Shown here: positions 36,999 through 46,926 of the stretch, piece by piece
Position numbering within the stretch: position 1 is the first letter of the stretch
How the letters are laid out: each line of letters begins with the position of its first letter
From: a candidate division WOR-3 bacterium
GTDB lineage: Bacteria > Hydrothermota > Tepidihabitantia > Tepidihabitantales > Tepidihabitantaceae
DNA length: 64,000 nucleotides
Reading direction: 5' to 3'
Assembly (NCBI GenBank): GCA_965649295.1
Contig: CBFGKH010000004.1
Coordinates: 32,001 to 96,000 of the forward strand
Translations under genes and position numbers: made by a program
Notes under the pieces: generated by a model
Told to the model about the DNA's origin: nothing
Databases searched by the model: none
What the model saw: the letters and a program-made list of their open reading frames with translations, nothing else

Positions 36999-39001
36999 TC
37001 TGTCGGCGGCTGCTCATCCAACACGTTGATCGCCCGCCCGGCCCCCGGTAGCTGCGCCAGGGCGGCGTTCACACGTTCGATGCCGCGCCGGTCATCAAGA
37101 CGAACAAAGATTCGCAATGAACGCTGCAATCGGTCGCGAGCGCCTTCGACATCTCCCAGTTCGAAGAGAACCTGGGCCAGTTCAATCAGCAATCCGGCCC
37201 GCAAGCGGTCTTCACCCATCTCATCACAGAGCCGCAACGCTCGCTGGTAATTGTCCTTTGACAGACCGTGTTCACCTCGCACTCGATTCAAAGAGCCAAT
37301 TTGTCCGAGAATGTGCGCCTGCATCAATCGGTCACCAGCACTGTACGCTAGCCGTAGCGCATCCTCTAGCCGTTCACGAGCCTCATCGAGCCGACCAGCA
37401 TTCTCCAGCGCCATTCCAAGGCTAACCAAGTCACGGGCCTGGTGGAAACGATCATTGATTCGTCTATGACGTTCCAAAGCTACGGCGTAGGCGGAAACTG
37501 CGGCCTCCCAATCACGTTCGGCACTCTTGACCTCGCCAAGCTCAACATAAGCCGCGGCCAGCAACCGATCATCGCCGGCGCTCGCGGCAATCGATCGACT
37601 ACGTTCAACACTAGTAATCGCAGCTGCAAGCTGACCTGAGGCACGCTGCGCCCGAGCCAGTTCGAGCAATTGTTCGGCCTCAACAATCTCATCGCCAATT
37701 CTGCAGGTGACTGCCAAAGCCTGCTTAAGGCTGGCTACGGCTGCCTGTGCGTCGCCTCTACCAACCTGGGCACGGCCAATGCCCGCCAGGTCCTGACCAA
37801 CCTCCCGGACACGTCCGGCCCGCTGGTCGAGGTCGAGGGCCTCGTTGTAAAGCTCGATTGCCCGGTCGTACTCATTATGATCGCAGCAACTGCTAGCCAG
37901 CCGACGCAGGTCACAGCTGACCATTTCGTCGTCACCAGCAGCCCGTGCTACTGCCAGGGAACGTTCAAAGTACTCATCGGCTGCCTGCTGTTCATGGGCC
38001 TGGAGATGAAACAATCCGAGCTCGTGCAGCACACGCCCCAAACCGACCTTAAGCTGCAGTGCCTCATATATGCGATGCGCCGATTCTAGCAATTCCCGTG
38101 CCCGCCGGAGATCGTTCAGTTGACGCCAAATGCTGCCCAAGGCCAGTAGTCGATCAGCTTCTGCTTGTCGATCATTGCTCTGCCGCGCAAGCCGCAGTCC
38201 GGTTTCGTGTGCAGCTCGCGCCTGCACGACGTCACCTAACGATAACAGCAGATTCCCAATAACCCCTTGTTGTCTGGCGGCGCGTGAACGCTCACCACTG
38301 CGCTCTAAAACCGAGGCAATCCGACGATGATAGCTAAGTGCCTCATCGAAGTGCTTGTTTCTCTCGGCATCGGCCGCAAGCCGACCAAGTGCTTCAACCT
38401 CAAATTCGACCAAATCTAGCCGCCGCGCCAAAGCTGCCGCCTCACGGAGGCGCCGCCGAGTCTCGTTTTGCGAGGTCACCGCCAGAGTCGACGTCGAGCT
38501 GGCGAGTAGCGCTGCGCAGGTAGCTGAAAGATCGATGCCGGCTCGCGCTTCCCGCAGCGCTGTCTCAAGCTGAACAACAGCTTGACTATTGTGCCCGAGG
38601 TGAGCTTCACATGCCGCCACCAACAACCGTAACGCGATTCTCTCGGAGCCACGTGCTTGCTCACTGGCGGCAAGCCAACGGTCACGGGCCCGGTCCCATT
38701 GACCTCGTGACACCAACGCAACCCCATCCTCAAATGAACTCAATAGACCATGATCGCTAGTAGCCGGCAATCCGTCCAAGAAGAGCATGCCGAGTACACG
38801 ACGGACGGCTGCCAGTCGTTCAACATACTTGCGGCTCACGCTAACTTCGAGACGAGCAAGTCGCACAAGTAGATCATGAGCCGCGCCTGCAGCATGCCTG
38901 CGGCCAAGCATGTAGAAACAGCAGCTGCTGGCCGCCCCCAGAATCAACCCAAGAATGACTACGAGAACCATCCTAGCTCCGGCTGTCGAGGAAAATGCCA
39001 C
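36995..39001 (-). CDS. Membrane-anchored tetratricopeptide-repeat protein
   Basis: N-terminal TM helix, then about 12 ~40-aa TPR-like repeats (A..L..LG......G....A...Y..AL); start could be ATG 38971. Confidence 0.82.
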   Translation of the reverse strand: MAFSSTAGARMVLVVILGLILGAASSCCFYMLGRRHAAGAAHDLLVRLARLEVSVSRKYVERLAAVRRVLGMLFLDGLPATSDHGLLSSFEDGVALVSRGQWDRARDRWLAASEQARGSERIALRLLVAACEAHLGHNSQAVVQLETALREARAGIDLSATCAALLASSTSTLAVTSQNETRRRLREAAALARRLDLVEFEVEALGRLAADAERNKHFDEALSYHRRIASVLERSGERSRAARQQGVIGNLLLSLGDVVQARAAHETGLRLARQSNDRQAEADRLLALGSIWRQLNDLRRARELLESAHRIYEALQLKVGLGRVLHELGLFHLQAHEQQAADEYFERSLAVARAAGDDEMVSCDLRRLASSCCDHNEYDRAIELYNEALDLDQRAGRVREVGQDLAGIGRAQVGRGDAQAAVASLKQALAVTCRIGDEIVEAEQLLELARAQRASGQLAAAITSVERSRSIAASAGDDRLLAAAYVELGEVKSAERDWEAAVSAYAVALERHRRINDRFHQARDLVSLGMALENAGRLDEARERLEDALRLAYSAGDRLMQAHILGQIGSLNRVRGEHGLSKDNYQRALRLCDEMGEDRLRAGLLIELAQVLFELGDVEGARDRLQRSLRIFVRLDDRRGIERVNAALAQLPGAGRAINVLDEQPPTD

Positions 39002-39287
39002 ATGATCGTAACTCCCTGCCCGCTACATCTGCCCCAGTGCCAACCTCCGTATCGTCGATGCGAAAAATCAGGCTTAGCTCTTGACGAGCCAAGGATAAAT
39101 CGACAGAACATTGCTAGATGATCGCCGTGGTACAATGCCCAGACCGGTACTTGGCCATGCGACCAGCGGCCAACAATGTCCACTCCAGTTATCACTATCA
39201 CCTCAGCCTAAACCTCACTGATATCTCCATTACGGCTAATCCATCTTGTTTGGCTTGACTGACCCGCTTTCCGCTCTACACTGACTC

Positions 39288-39665
39288 ATGAGTCAGAAAC
39301 ACATTATGGTGATTGATGATGACCCAGGGGTCAGGATGCTGCTGCGCAAAATGCTTGAATCGGCGGGATATCGCGTAACCGAAGCAAAGAACGCTCTTGA
39401 GGTATTCTCTGCTGACCCGAAGAATCCCCCGGACCTGCTGATACTCGACATTCAGATGCCCGGTATCAGTGGCCATCAGGTACTCTCAAGTTTCAAGGGT
39501 GACCCGAACTTTCGCGCCCCGATTATTGTCCTAACGGGATTAGCTGATCCCGAACATGGACGGGCAGCTTTGCGCGAAGGCGCAGATGCCTTCATGACCA
39601 AACCCGCCAACCGCGAGCAACTCCTGGCCAAGATTCAGGAACTTCTCAGCCGCAGTTCGACATAG
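39288..39665 (+). CDS. Single-domain response regulator (CheY-like receiver)
   Basis: VIDDD, LDIQMPGISG, LTG, FMTKP; ATG 5 nt after TTGACT-16-TACACT. Confidence 0.92.
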   Translation: MSQKHIMVIDDDPGVRMLLRKMLESAGYRVTEAKNALEVFSADPKNPPDLLILDIQMPGISGHQVLSSFKGDPNFRAPIIVLTGLADPEHGRAALREGADAFMTKPANREQLLAKIQELLSRSST

Positions 39666-39714
39666 ACCAAAAGAAACGACAGCGGTTTTCATCGGAGTCA
39701 GATCAGTAGAGTAG

Positions 39715-40845
39715 CTAGGGGTTTACCGTTGCAACGTACACCTGCCCCTCCTTGGTGTACTGAAGCACTACAGCGCTCTTGATCGGATTGCCCTGCGCAT
39801 CGAAGGTGATGCGTCCCGACACGCACGGGTAGTCGGTTATCCTCTGAAGCGCTGCTCTAATGGCATCTGGTTTCGGTTCCGGTGCTGTACGAAGTGCCTC
39901 GATTAACAAACGAGCCGCGTCATAGCCAAGAGTAGCTAGCGCGTCTGGCCTGCGACCATATTTGGCTCGATACTTCTCAACCCAGTGTTGGACCTCGCTC
40001 CGTGGATCGTCTGGCGAATAGTGATTCGTGAAGTAACCACCCAGTATCGCTTCCCCAGCGATCTGAACCATCTCTTCGGAATCCCAACCATCCCCCCCCA
40101 GCAGCTTCGCACCAATTCCAATCTGGCGAGCCTGTTTAGCAATCAGCCCAACCTTGTTGTAATAGTCAGGCAAAAACAGAACATCAGGGTCAGCCAGCTT
40201 TACTTTGGTCAATATAGCCGAGAAATCAACATCATCCTTGGCATAAGACTCAAAGACTAACACTCGCCCTCCACCGGCAGTGAACGCCTCGCGGAAGTAA
40301 TCAGCAAGCCCTTTCGAGTAATCATTGCCAACGTCATAGATAACCGCCGCTGTCTTCGCGTTGAGGTTATCAAGAGCGAAACGTGCGCCGACTGTCCCTT
40401 GGAAGGGATCAATGAAACACGCCCGGAACACAAACTCTTTGCGTTTGCCGTCTTCAGCCACCGTTATCTTTGGGTTCGTTGAGGTTGGCGTAATCATTGG
40501 TATCTTTGCCGACTGACACTTATCCGACAACGGCGCTGAACATTTGGAGGAAACCGAACCCAGGATCGCCACGACCTGGTCCATATCGATAAGTTTCGCC
40601 CCGGCATTCGACGCCTCTGTTGGATCGTTCTTGTCATCGGCTGCGATTACCTGAATGCGACGCCCGCCCACGCCGCCTCCCGCGTTCGCTTCGTCGAAAG
40701 CAAGCATCGCCCCGTTGCGGGTAGATTCACCAAACGTCTTAACATCGCCGGTGAGTGGCACGACAAGCCCAATCCTAATTGTCTCACTACCACCACAGGA
40801 TACCACAGCAACCGTAGCGATCAGCACGATCAGTATTCTATACAT
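39715..40845 (-). CDS. Branched-chain amino acid ABC transporter substrate-binding lipoprotein (LivK/LivJ family)
   Basis: Lipobox VVSC; IRIG...PLTG, FRACFIDPFQG, DFSAILTK, LGGDGWD. Confidence 0.9.
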   Translation of the reverse strand: MYRILIVLIATVAVVSCGGSETIRIGLVVPLTGDVKTFGESTRNGAMLAFDEANAGGGVGGRRIQVIAADDKNDPTEASNAGAKLIDMDQVVAILGSVSSKCSAPLSDKCQSAKIPMITPTSTNPKITVAEDGKRKEFVFRACFIDPFQGTVGARFALDNLNAKTAAVIYDVGNDYSKGLADYFREAFTAGGGRVLVFESYAKDDVDFSAILTKVKLADPDVLFLPDYYNKVGLIAKQARQIGIGAKLLGGDGWDSEEMVQIAGEAILGGYFTNHYSPDDPRSEVQHWVEKYRAKYGRRPDALATLGYDAARLLIEALRTAPEPKPDAIRAALQRITDYPCVSGRITFDAQGNPIKSAVVLQYTKEGQVYVATVNP

Positions 40846-40847
40846 CT

Positions 40848-41999
40848 CTACTCCTCATCTAGTGCTAGAGTATCGGTACCCGCCGTATCGGTTGAACGAT
40901 ACCGAGCAAGAAACCGATTGCTCCATTCTCTTACACAGCCATCAAGCAGAGCAGACCTCACTCCTTTCATCAAACCCTGGTAGAAACATATGTTGTGCAG
41001 AGTTAACAAGCGAGGCCCAAGCGCCTCACCAGCAATAAAGAGATGACGCAAATAGGCTCGCGAGAATGTGCGACAGACGTAACAATTGCAGTTCCCATCA
41101 AGCGGAGCTGAATCAGTGGCATAGCGAGCATTACGAATGACAACGCGCCCACCACTTGTGAATGCTGTACCGGTGCGACCGTTGCGAGTTGGCAAAACAC
41201 AGTCAAACATGTCTATTCCCTCGGCAACTGCTGTCAAGATATCTTCAGGATAACCGGCGCCCATCAAATAGCGGGGGCGGTCAGTGGGTAGAAACCTCAC
41301 TGTTTCACTGATAATCTCATAAGTAACGGTTGGTGGCTCACCCAGGCATAACCCACCTATCGCATAACCAGGCAAGTCAATATCAACCAACTCAAGAGCG
41401 CTCTGACGCCGCAGGTCCCGATAGGTCGCACCTTGTACAATACCAAACAGATTCGTCTCCGCAGCCACCACGGCCGCACTTGCCCGCGCCCAAAGTGTAG
41501 TCCGCGCCACCGACTCTTCAGCAACAGTTCGTGACGTTGGAAACGACGGGCACTGATCAAGGCACATTGCAATATCTGACCCCAGCGTCTCCTGAATTCG
41601 AATCACGCCCTCGGGGGTGAAGAAATGGCGACTACCGTCAATGTGAGACTGAAACAATACCCCCTCATCAGAAACCCGGCTGAGGCTAGCCAGTGAATAA
41701 ACCTGAAAACCGCCCGAATCTGTCAGCACCGGTCGACGCCAGCCACTGAACCGTTGAATGCCTCCAAGCGCCCGGATACGCTCGGCACCAGGCCGCAGAT
41801 GCAGATGGTACGTGTTACAAACAATTATCTCGGTGCCCGATTCCACTAGCTCGTTGGGTGTCAGAGTCTTGACAGTTCCCTGAGTAGCCACAGGCATGAA
41901 ACAAGGCGTGTTAACTATTCCATTGGGCAGAAACAAGACACCCAGTCGTGCAAAGCAATCTGTCGCGGTACGCGTGATCGAGAAACCTAATGTCGGCAT
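40848..41999 (-). CDS. tgt: tRNA-guanine transglycosylase
   Basis: TPCFMPVAT, NTYHL, TDSGGFQV, GIVQG, DMFDCV.PTR, CNCYVC zinc site. Confidence 0.95.
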   Translation of the reverse strand: MPTLGFSITRTATDCFARLGVLFLPNGIVNTPCFMPVATQGTVKTLTPNELVESGTEIIVCNTYHLHLRPGAERIRALGGIQRFSGWRRPVLTDSGGFQVYSLASLSRVSDEGVLFQSHIDGSRHFFTPEGVIRIQETLGSDIAMCLDQCPSFPTSRTVAEESVARTTLWARASAAVVAAETNLFGIVQGATYRDLRRQSALELVDIDLPGYAIGGLCLGEPPTVTYEIISETVRFLPTDRPRYLMGAGYPEDILTAVAEGIDMFDCVLPTRNGRTGTAFTSGGRVVIRNARYATDSAPLDGNCNCYVCRTFSRAYLRHLFIAGEALGPRLLTLHNICFYQGLMKGVRSALLDGCVREWSNRFLARYRSTDTAGTDTLALDEE

Positions 42000-42011
42000 C
42001 GACGAACTGAG

Positions 42012-42992
42012 CTAACCAAGCTCTAGTTCCGAGAACCCGCCCAAGTTGAGTCGACGAGGATTCTCACGTACAATCGACGACTCGCCTAGAATAGAAGCCG
42101 ATAGCAGCGAGTGCTCGACAATGACCCGGTCGTTGATGATGGAATCACTAATGACGGACCCACGAATCTCCGCTTCAGCACCAATCGAAACATGTGGGCC
42201 GACAACCGAGTTCTCCACAATTGCCGAATCGTGAATGAAAACAGGCGGGATGAACACGGTCCCAGGTCGCGGCCGGTATTGGCTGACACGCTGAAGCAAG
42301 TATCGGTTGGTGGCAATCAACGCTTCTCGAGTCCCGCAGTCCAACCAATGCTCCACTGTCTTGGCCCACAGGGTTGCACCAGCTTCGAGCATAAGCTGAA
42401 GAGCATCGGTTAACTGATACTCACCCTTGGTAAGGCGCCGCCCGGCGATCAGTCGTCCGATGGCCTCGAACAACTGGGAAGCATCATGTAGATAGTAGAC
42501 ACCAACGATGGCTAGGTTGCTAACCGAAACATCCGGCTTCTCGACTAACCGCGTCACACGTTTGCCATCAGTCTCAACGATACCGAATCGGCGTGGGTCC
42601 GATACTGGATGGACAGCCAGCATGCTCTCACCACCAATCATCTCGCGGATATCAGTATCGACGATTGTATCACCAAGCACGATCAGTACGCTGTCGCCCG
42701 GCCGAAAGAAAGGACTCGCCCGATTCACAGCATCACCAAGTCCACAGGGGTCGTCTTGACGGACGAAACGAAATCGACAACGGTAGCTGGATTCCAAGTA
42801 GGCACGGACCTGATCGCCCTGTGTACCAACGACGACAATGACCTCATCTGGCTCGGTTGGTAACAACCTATCCAAAATATGACCGATTATCGGCTTCCCT
42901 GCAACCTGCAGTAACACCTTTGGTGTTGCAACAGTATGTGGTTTCAGTCGCCGTCCTTCGCCAGCAGCCGGCAGTATCGCCTTGTAGCTCAT
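42012..42992 (-). CDS. Sugar-1-phosphate nucleotidyltransferase with C-terminal left-handed beta-helix
   Basis: PAAGEGRRL.P.T...PK, GLGDAV, LGD, EKP, GEYQLTDAL, WLDCG. Confidence 0.88.
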   Translation of the reverse strand: MSYKAILPAAGEGRRLKPHTVATPKVLLQVAGKPIIGHILDRLLPTEPDEVIVVVGTQGDQVRAYLESSYRCRFRFVRQDDPCGLGDAVNRASPFFRPGDSVLIVLGDTIVDTDIREMIGGESMLAVHPVSDPRRFGIVETDGKRVTRLVEKPDVSVSNLAIVGVYYLHDASQLFEAIGRLIAGRRLTKGEYQLTDALQLMLEAGATLWAKTVEHWLDCGTREALIATNRYLLQRVSQYRPRPGTVFIPPVFIHDSAIVENSVVGPHVSIGAEAEIRGSVISDSIINDRVIVEHSLLSASILGESSIVRENPRRLNLGGFSELELG

Positions 42993-44002
42993 AACAACGC
43001 CATCCGTTTCTTCAGTGCGTCGATCCGCGGTATTGCCATAGAATCAACGCCACGCAGTCTGGCCAGTTCAACACTAACATAGTCGCCCAACATTACGAGG
43101 GAGAGAAGGCGCGCCAATGGAGTCTGGCCTTCTGCTTCCAAGCAAACCATTCTGCACCCTGCCTGACGAGTCAAGGTACGCACAAGCTCAAGTCGTCGGA
43201 CATTCCTAGGGTGAGCGTCAACATCGCTGAGCGCAACAATCACGACTTTATCAGTCAGGAAACGTGGCCCACCCAAGCCAACGATCTCGTTGTGGTTCTG
43301 TTCCGGTAGAACGTGGGTGTGACAGAGGACCTTGGCATTCTCATTTAACTGAGACTGCCATCGCAAGACAACAGGGTCTAGCAGTCTTGTAGTCGAGTAG
43401 ACTACTGGCAACCGGTCGTGCAACGAATTGGCTATCGCCCGGGCCTGCCGCTGCCAAAAACACCTACGTGCCAGCATCAACGCGCTTGCCTCAGCAACTG
43501 CCTCATCTTGAGGTGGGCAAAGTCGCAACTGATCAAACAGACCAATTATTGCACCAAAGAGAAAACCCAGTGCAGCCCGCGGGGGCATGCCAGTCGGTAC
43601 AAGTACCAACGGACAGCCGCGTTTCCGACCTAGACGCGCTAGCTCCCCACCACCAGCGATGACCACTGTCTTGCAGCCCCTTTCCAACGCCCGTCTGAAT
43701 GCCGTCACCGTCTCTTCAGTATTGCCTGAGTGGCTGACAGCTACGCACAACGTGTGTTTTCCCGCACAGGCTGGCAGCGAATAGTCTTGACTGACGAGCA
43801 ACGGTACGGCCATAGTCTCATAAAACAAGCCAGCCGCCAGCCGACCACCGATACCCGATCCGCCCATGCCAGTGACTAGGACCAACCGCACGTCACGACT
43901 ACGACTGACTGCATTCATACGTCCGAGACGGAAACCTACGAGCAATTGCTCGGGCATGGCCGCTATCAGCTGTTCCATTCTGGTATTGTTATCGTCGCTC
44001 AT
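42989..44002 (-). CDS. Bifunctional phosphoglucose/phosphomannose isomerase (SIS, archaeal-type)
   Basis: GMGGSGIGG, SHSGNTEET, PRAA, NENAK, PEQNHNEI. Confidence 0.88.
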   Translation of the reverse strand: MSDDNNTRMEQLIAAMPEQLLVGFRLGRMNAVSRSRDVRLVLVTGMGGSGIGGRLAAGLFYETMAVPLLVSQDYSLPACAGKHTLCVAVSHSGNTEETVTAFRRALERGCKTVVIAGGGELARLGRKRGCPLVLVPTGMPPRAALGFLFGAIIGLFDQLRLCPPQDEAVAEASALMLARRCFWQRQARAIANSLHDRLPVVYSTTRLLDPVVLRWQSQLNENAKVLCHTHVLPEQNHNEIVGLGGPRFLTDKVVIVALSDVDAHPRNVRRLELVRTLTRQAGCRMVCLEAEGQTPLARLLSLVMLGDYVSVELARLRGVDSMAIPRIDALKKRMALL

Positions 44003-45764
44003 TGACTGATGCAAAAAGCGAACTAGCTAGTTGCGGAAAACGCCTATCGAGCTCACGCCGCAACAAACGCTGTACCTCGAGTGCAGTTGATTGCTTCATT
44101 GCCAGTGCTGCAACCTCTGCAGCAACATCGGTATCGATCGAACGAATTATGTTCTTCGCTTCGGGTAAGGCACCAGGACTGGTTGATAACTCATCAATAC
44201 CAAGCCCAATCAAGAGAATTATACCCAACGGATCGGACGCAAACTCACCGCACAAACCAACCCAAATACCACGCCGGTGGGCGGCGTCTATCGTCTGCTT
44301 TATAAGCCGCAACACTGCCGGATGGAAATGGTCAAAGAGTTTTGCCACCCGCTCATTACCACGGTCTACGGCAAGCGTGTACTGAGTAAGGTCGTTGGAA
44401 CCGATCGATAGGAAGTTACACTCTTGGGCAAGACGGTCGGCCATTATTGCTGCTGACGGGATCTCGACCATTATTCCGTACTCAAAGTTCTCGTTAAAGG
44501 CCCGACCTTGGGCCCGTAGCTCACGCTTGGCCCGCTCAATCAACAGACGGGCGCGACGTACCTCTTCGATCGTTGCCACCATTGGCAACATCATCTTGAC
44601 ATTGCCGTGAGCCGAAGCCCGCAGAATCGCTCGGATTTGGGCTCCAAAGAGATCCGGGTTCTCGAACATGAGCCGAATGGCACGGAATCCCAAGAACGGA
44701 TTGGACTCAGTGTACCCGGGTAGTACTTTGTCGCCGCCGAGATCGAAGGTCCGTATCAGAACAGGGTGAGGTCTAAAGAGCCTGGCAACCTCAGCGTAGG
44801 CTGCATACTGCTCATCCTCCGTCGGAGCACGCCGACGGGCAAGGTACATATACTCAGTCCGATAGAGCCCAATACCGCGAGCGCCATGCTGCTTAGCGAC
44901 ACGGGCCTCTGCCAAAAACTCGATGTTAGCAGACAAGTCTATCGTGCGGTTATCGAGCGTCACCGGTTCGAGCTCATCGAGTTTTGACAGGTCAGCGACA
45001 TGAGCGGCCCGCCGGTCAATCTCTTCGTCATATGAGCGTAGCCGATTTGAAGAGGGATTGACAATGACCAGTCCTCGGAACCCGTCAACGAAGACTGGAT
45101 CGCCAGCTGCTATTCTTTCGCTAATCGGGCCCACCCCGACAACTGCAGGAAGCTCCTTGGCTTTCGCCATGATTGCGGTGTGCGAAGTCTTACCGCCAGC
45201 CTCCAGGACTAAACCGACCACCCGCCGCGGATCAAGCAATGCAGCCTCCGATGGAGGCAGGTCACGCGCCACCAGAATTGTCCCCGGTTCGACATCAAGC
45301 AACGACGAAACTGCCTCGCCGAGCAAATGTCGCAACACCCGACCAGCAACATCGGCTATGTCCAGGGCTCGTTCACGCATAAGTACAGCCTTGGAATCGG
45401 CAACCGCAGCGGCAGCTCGGTTAAAGACCCGCGCAAATGCGAATTCGGCATTGCGGCGCTTTTCTCGTATGAACTGCTCGGTATCACGCATCGCGTCCGG
45501 GTCAGCGACAAGTGCCAGCTGGACTGCAATGAACTCGGCAAAGTCGGCACCCATTTCGCGCTTGACTCGGCCATGAAGCATGCGAAGTTCCCGCTCGGCC
45601 GCCCGCACCGCGCGGTAGAACTTTCTGACTTCGTTCTCGACAGCGCCCGCCTCGATCTCCCTCTCACTCACAGCCGGACACTGAGGTCGGTACAGAAACG
45701 CCTGGCCGAGCACAAATCCGGCCGAGACCGAAATGCCACGCAGAATCATCTCTTTCTTACGCAT
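43989..45764 (-). CDS. ptsI: PTS enzyme I (phosphoenolpyruvate-protein phosphotransferase)
   Basis: GGKTSHTAIMA, GIGLYRTE, RTFDLGGDK, ESNPFLGFRAIR, SIGSNDLTQY, GLCGE. Confidence 0.95.
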   Translation of the reverse strand: MRKKEMILRGISVSAGFVLGQAFLYRPQCPAVSEREIEAGAVENEVRKFYRAVRAAERELRMLHGRVKREMGADFAEFIAVQLALVADPDAMRDTEQFIREKRRNAEFAFARVFNRAAAAVADSKAVLMRERALDIADVAGRVLRHLLGEAVSSLLDVEPGTILVARDLPPSEAALLDPRRVVGLVLEAGGKTSHTAIMAKAKELPAVVGVGPISERIAAGDPVFVDGFRGLVIVNPSSNRLRSYDEEIDRRAAHVADLSKLDELEPVTLDNRTIDLSANIEFLAEARVAKQHGARGIGLYRTEYMYLARRRAPTEDEQYAAYAEVARLFRPHPVLIRTFDLGGDKVLPGYTESNPFLGFRAIRLMFENPDLFGAQIRAILRASAHGNVKMMLPMVATIEEVRRARLLIERAKRELRAQGRAFNENFEYGIMVEIPSAAIMADRLAQECNFLSIGSNDLTQYTLAVDRGNERVAKLFDHFHPAVLRLIKQTIDAAHRRGIWVGLCGEFASDPLGIILLIGLGIDELSTSPGALPEAKNIIRSIDTDVAAEVAALAMKQSTALEVQRLLRRELDRRFPQLASSLFASVNERR

Positions 45765-46017
45765 CACTACTCTCAAGTCTCGCCTTCAGCACTGCAAAAG
45801 CCTGCTCCTCATCACTGCCGCTGACTTCAAGCAGCACCTCACTGCCTGACTCCGCCGCCAGAGTCAGTAACGCCAGAATACTCTTGGCGTTCACTCGCAT
45901 ACCGTCCTTAGTCAACCGAACATCACTGGCGAACTTCTCGGCCTCACGCACAAACGCCGCAGCCGGTCGCGCGTGTAAACCAACGGTCCCGCCAATTACA
46001 ACTTTTGCTCTAATCAT
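45757..46017 (-). CDS. ptsH: PTS phosphocarrier HPr
   Basis: GLHARPAA (His15), VNAKSIL (Ser46), G.DE..A; start at ATG 46017. Confidence 0.93.
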   Translation of the reverse strand: MIRAKVVIGGTVGLHARPAAAFVREAEKFASDVRLTKDGMRVNAKSILALLTLAAESGSEVLLEVSGSDEEQAFAVLKARLESSDA

Positions 46018-46187
46018 AGCAGCAACCCGTCTCCAAGCAATATTGCTAGTCCACCCAGCAGTAAGAATGACGCATGCCCGGCTAAAGAGTAAACAAACAA
46101 CTGACATACCGTGCCGGCGGCGCCACTGACAAAGACGCCGCAGCACCAACGACCCAAACGGCCAGCCCACCGCTCAACACTTCGCAT
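46014..46187 (-). CDS. Possible 57-aa hydrophobic small ORF coupled to ptsH
   Basis: MRSVERWAGRLGRWCCGVFVSGAAGTVCQLFVYSLAGHASFLLLGGLAILLGDGLLL; TGA overlaps ptsH ATG (ATGA); upstream TGGACT-16-TATTAT. Confidence 0.3.
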   Translation of the reverse strand: MRSVERWAGRLGRWCCGVFVSGAAGTVCQLFVYSLAGHASFLLLGGLAILLGDGLLL

Positions 46188-46242
46188 ACCACGGAGTCAT
46201 AATACCCACTGACTTAAGAAAGTCCACCTCCACACCACGCCC

Positions 46243-46874
46243 TAGCAAACCGCAGCGATTCTATAATACCGCCACCGTAGCGAAAAACGTCATGAAGACT
46301 CCGCTTCGGGCGACACTGCGGCACGTGCCTGTCGGGCAGTTGCACGGCTGCTATCGCCCCGGCTCGCTCGTGTCGGACGCGGATTGAGCCGTCAACCCAC
46401 TCCTGAACGGAAACCCGGGAACCGGCGATGGCAGTGCTGCGGGTGTTGGGTTTGAGCTGGTAGCTGCGTCCGTGGTAGCTGATGGTGTTGTTGTTTTGGA
46501 TATCGCGGGTTGGACTTGGCGCAGAGGACGGTGCGCAGCTCAAGACCCGCGGGAATCGGTCGGAAGACTGGGCTGGGGTCTCGCGGCGGCACTCCGAAGC
46601 GTCAGGCGTAGTTGGGGATGAAGACCCGATAGCGGTAGTCGGTGTCTTGGGCTGAACCGGTGATGCGCTGGTCGAGTTCTGCGACCAGTCGGCCCCGGAA
46701 TGTGCCGTTGATGCGTTCGTTGCGGCCTGCGCCGATAGCCACGAGAAGGTCCGATGGATGACGGTGAGCCGTCTCACTTCCGGCTTCGTGAAATGCGCGC
46801 GTTCCAACACGCAACCAGCATGCCGTCAGTCAGCGCGTTACTGTCAATATGACATTTTTCGCTGCCGTTTCACA
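46243..46874 (-). mobile_element. Internally deleted, frameshifted IS1202-family (former ISNCY/IS481-related) insertion sequence relic
   Basis: Left end TGTGAAACGGCAGCGAAAAATGTCA; related inverted copies near 46243-46293; transposase fragments GRNERINGTFRGRLVAEL, FIPNYA*RF, NNNTISYHG..YQL, V.VQEWVDGSIRV across several frames. Confidence 0.75.
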
Positions 46875-46926
46875 AATCCCATACTTGCGGCTTGACTCGC
46901 CAAAGGTGGTCTCTAGAATGGCGGCT

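Noticed and set aside
36883..39001. Genomic island integrated at tRNA-Val
   Set aside because: No integrase and no duplicated tRNA 3' end seen; the TPR gene lies on the tRNA's 5' side.
40848..41999. tgt as a DNA-modifying DpdA
   Set aside because: Canonical bacterial tRNA-guanine transglycosylase motifs and no dpd cluster.
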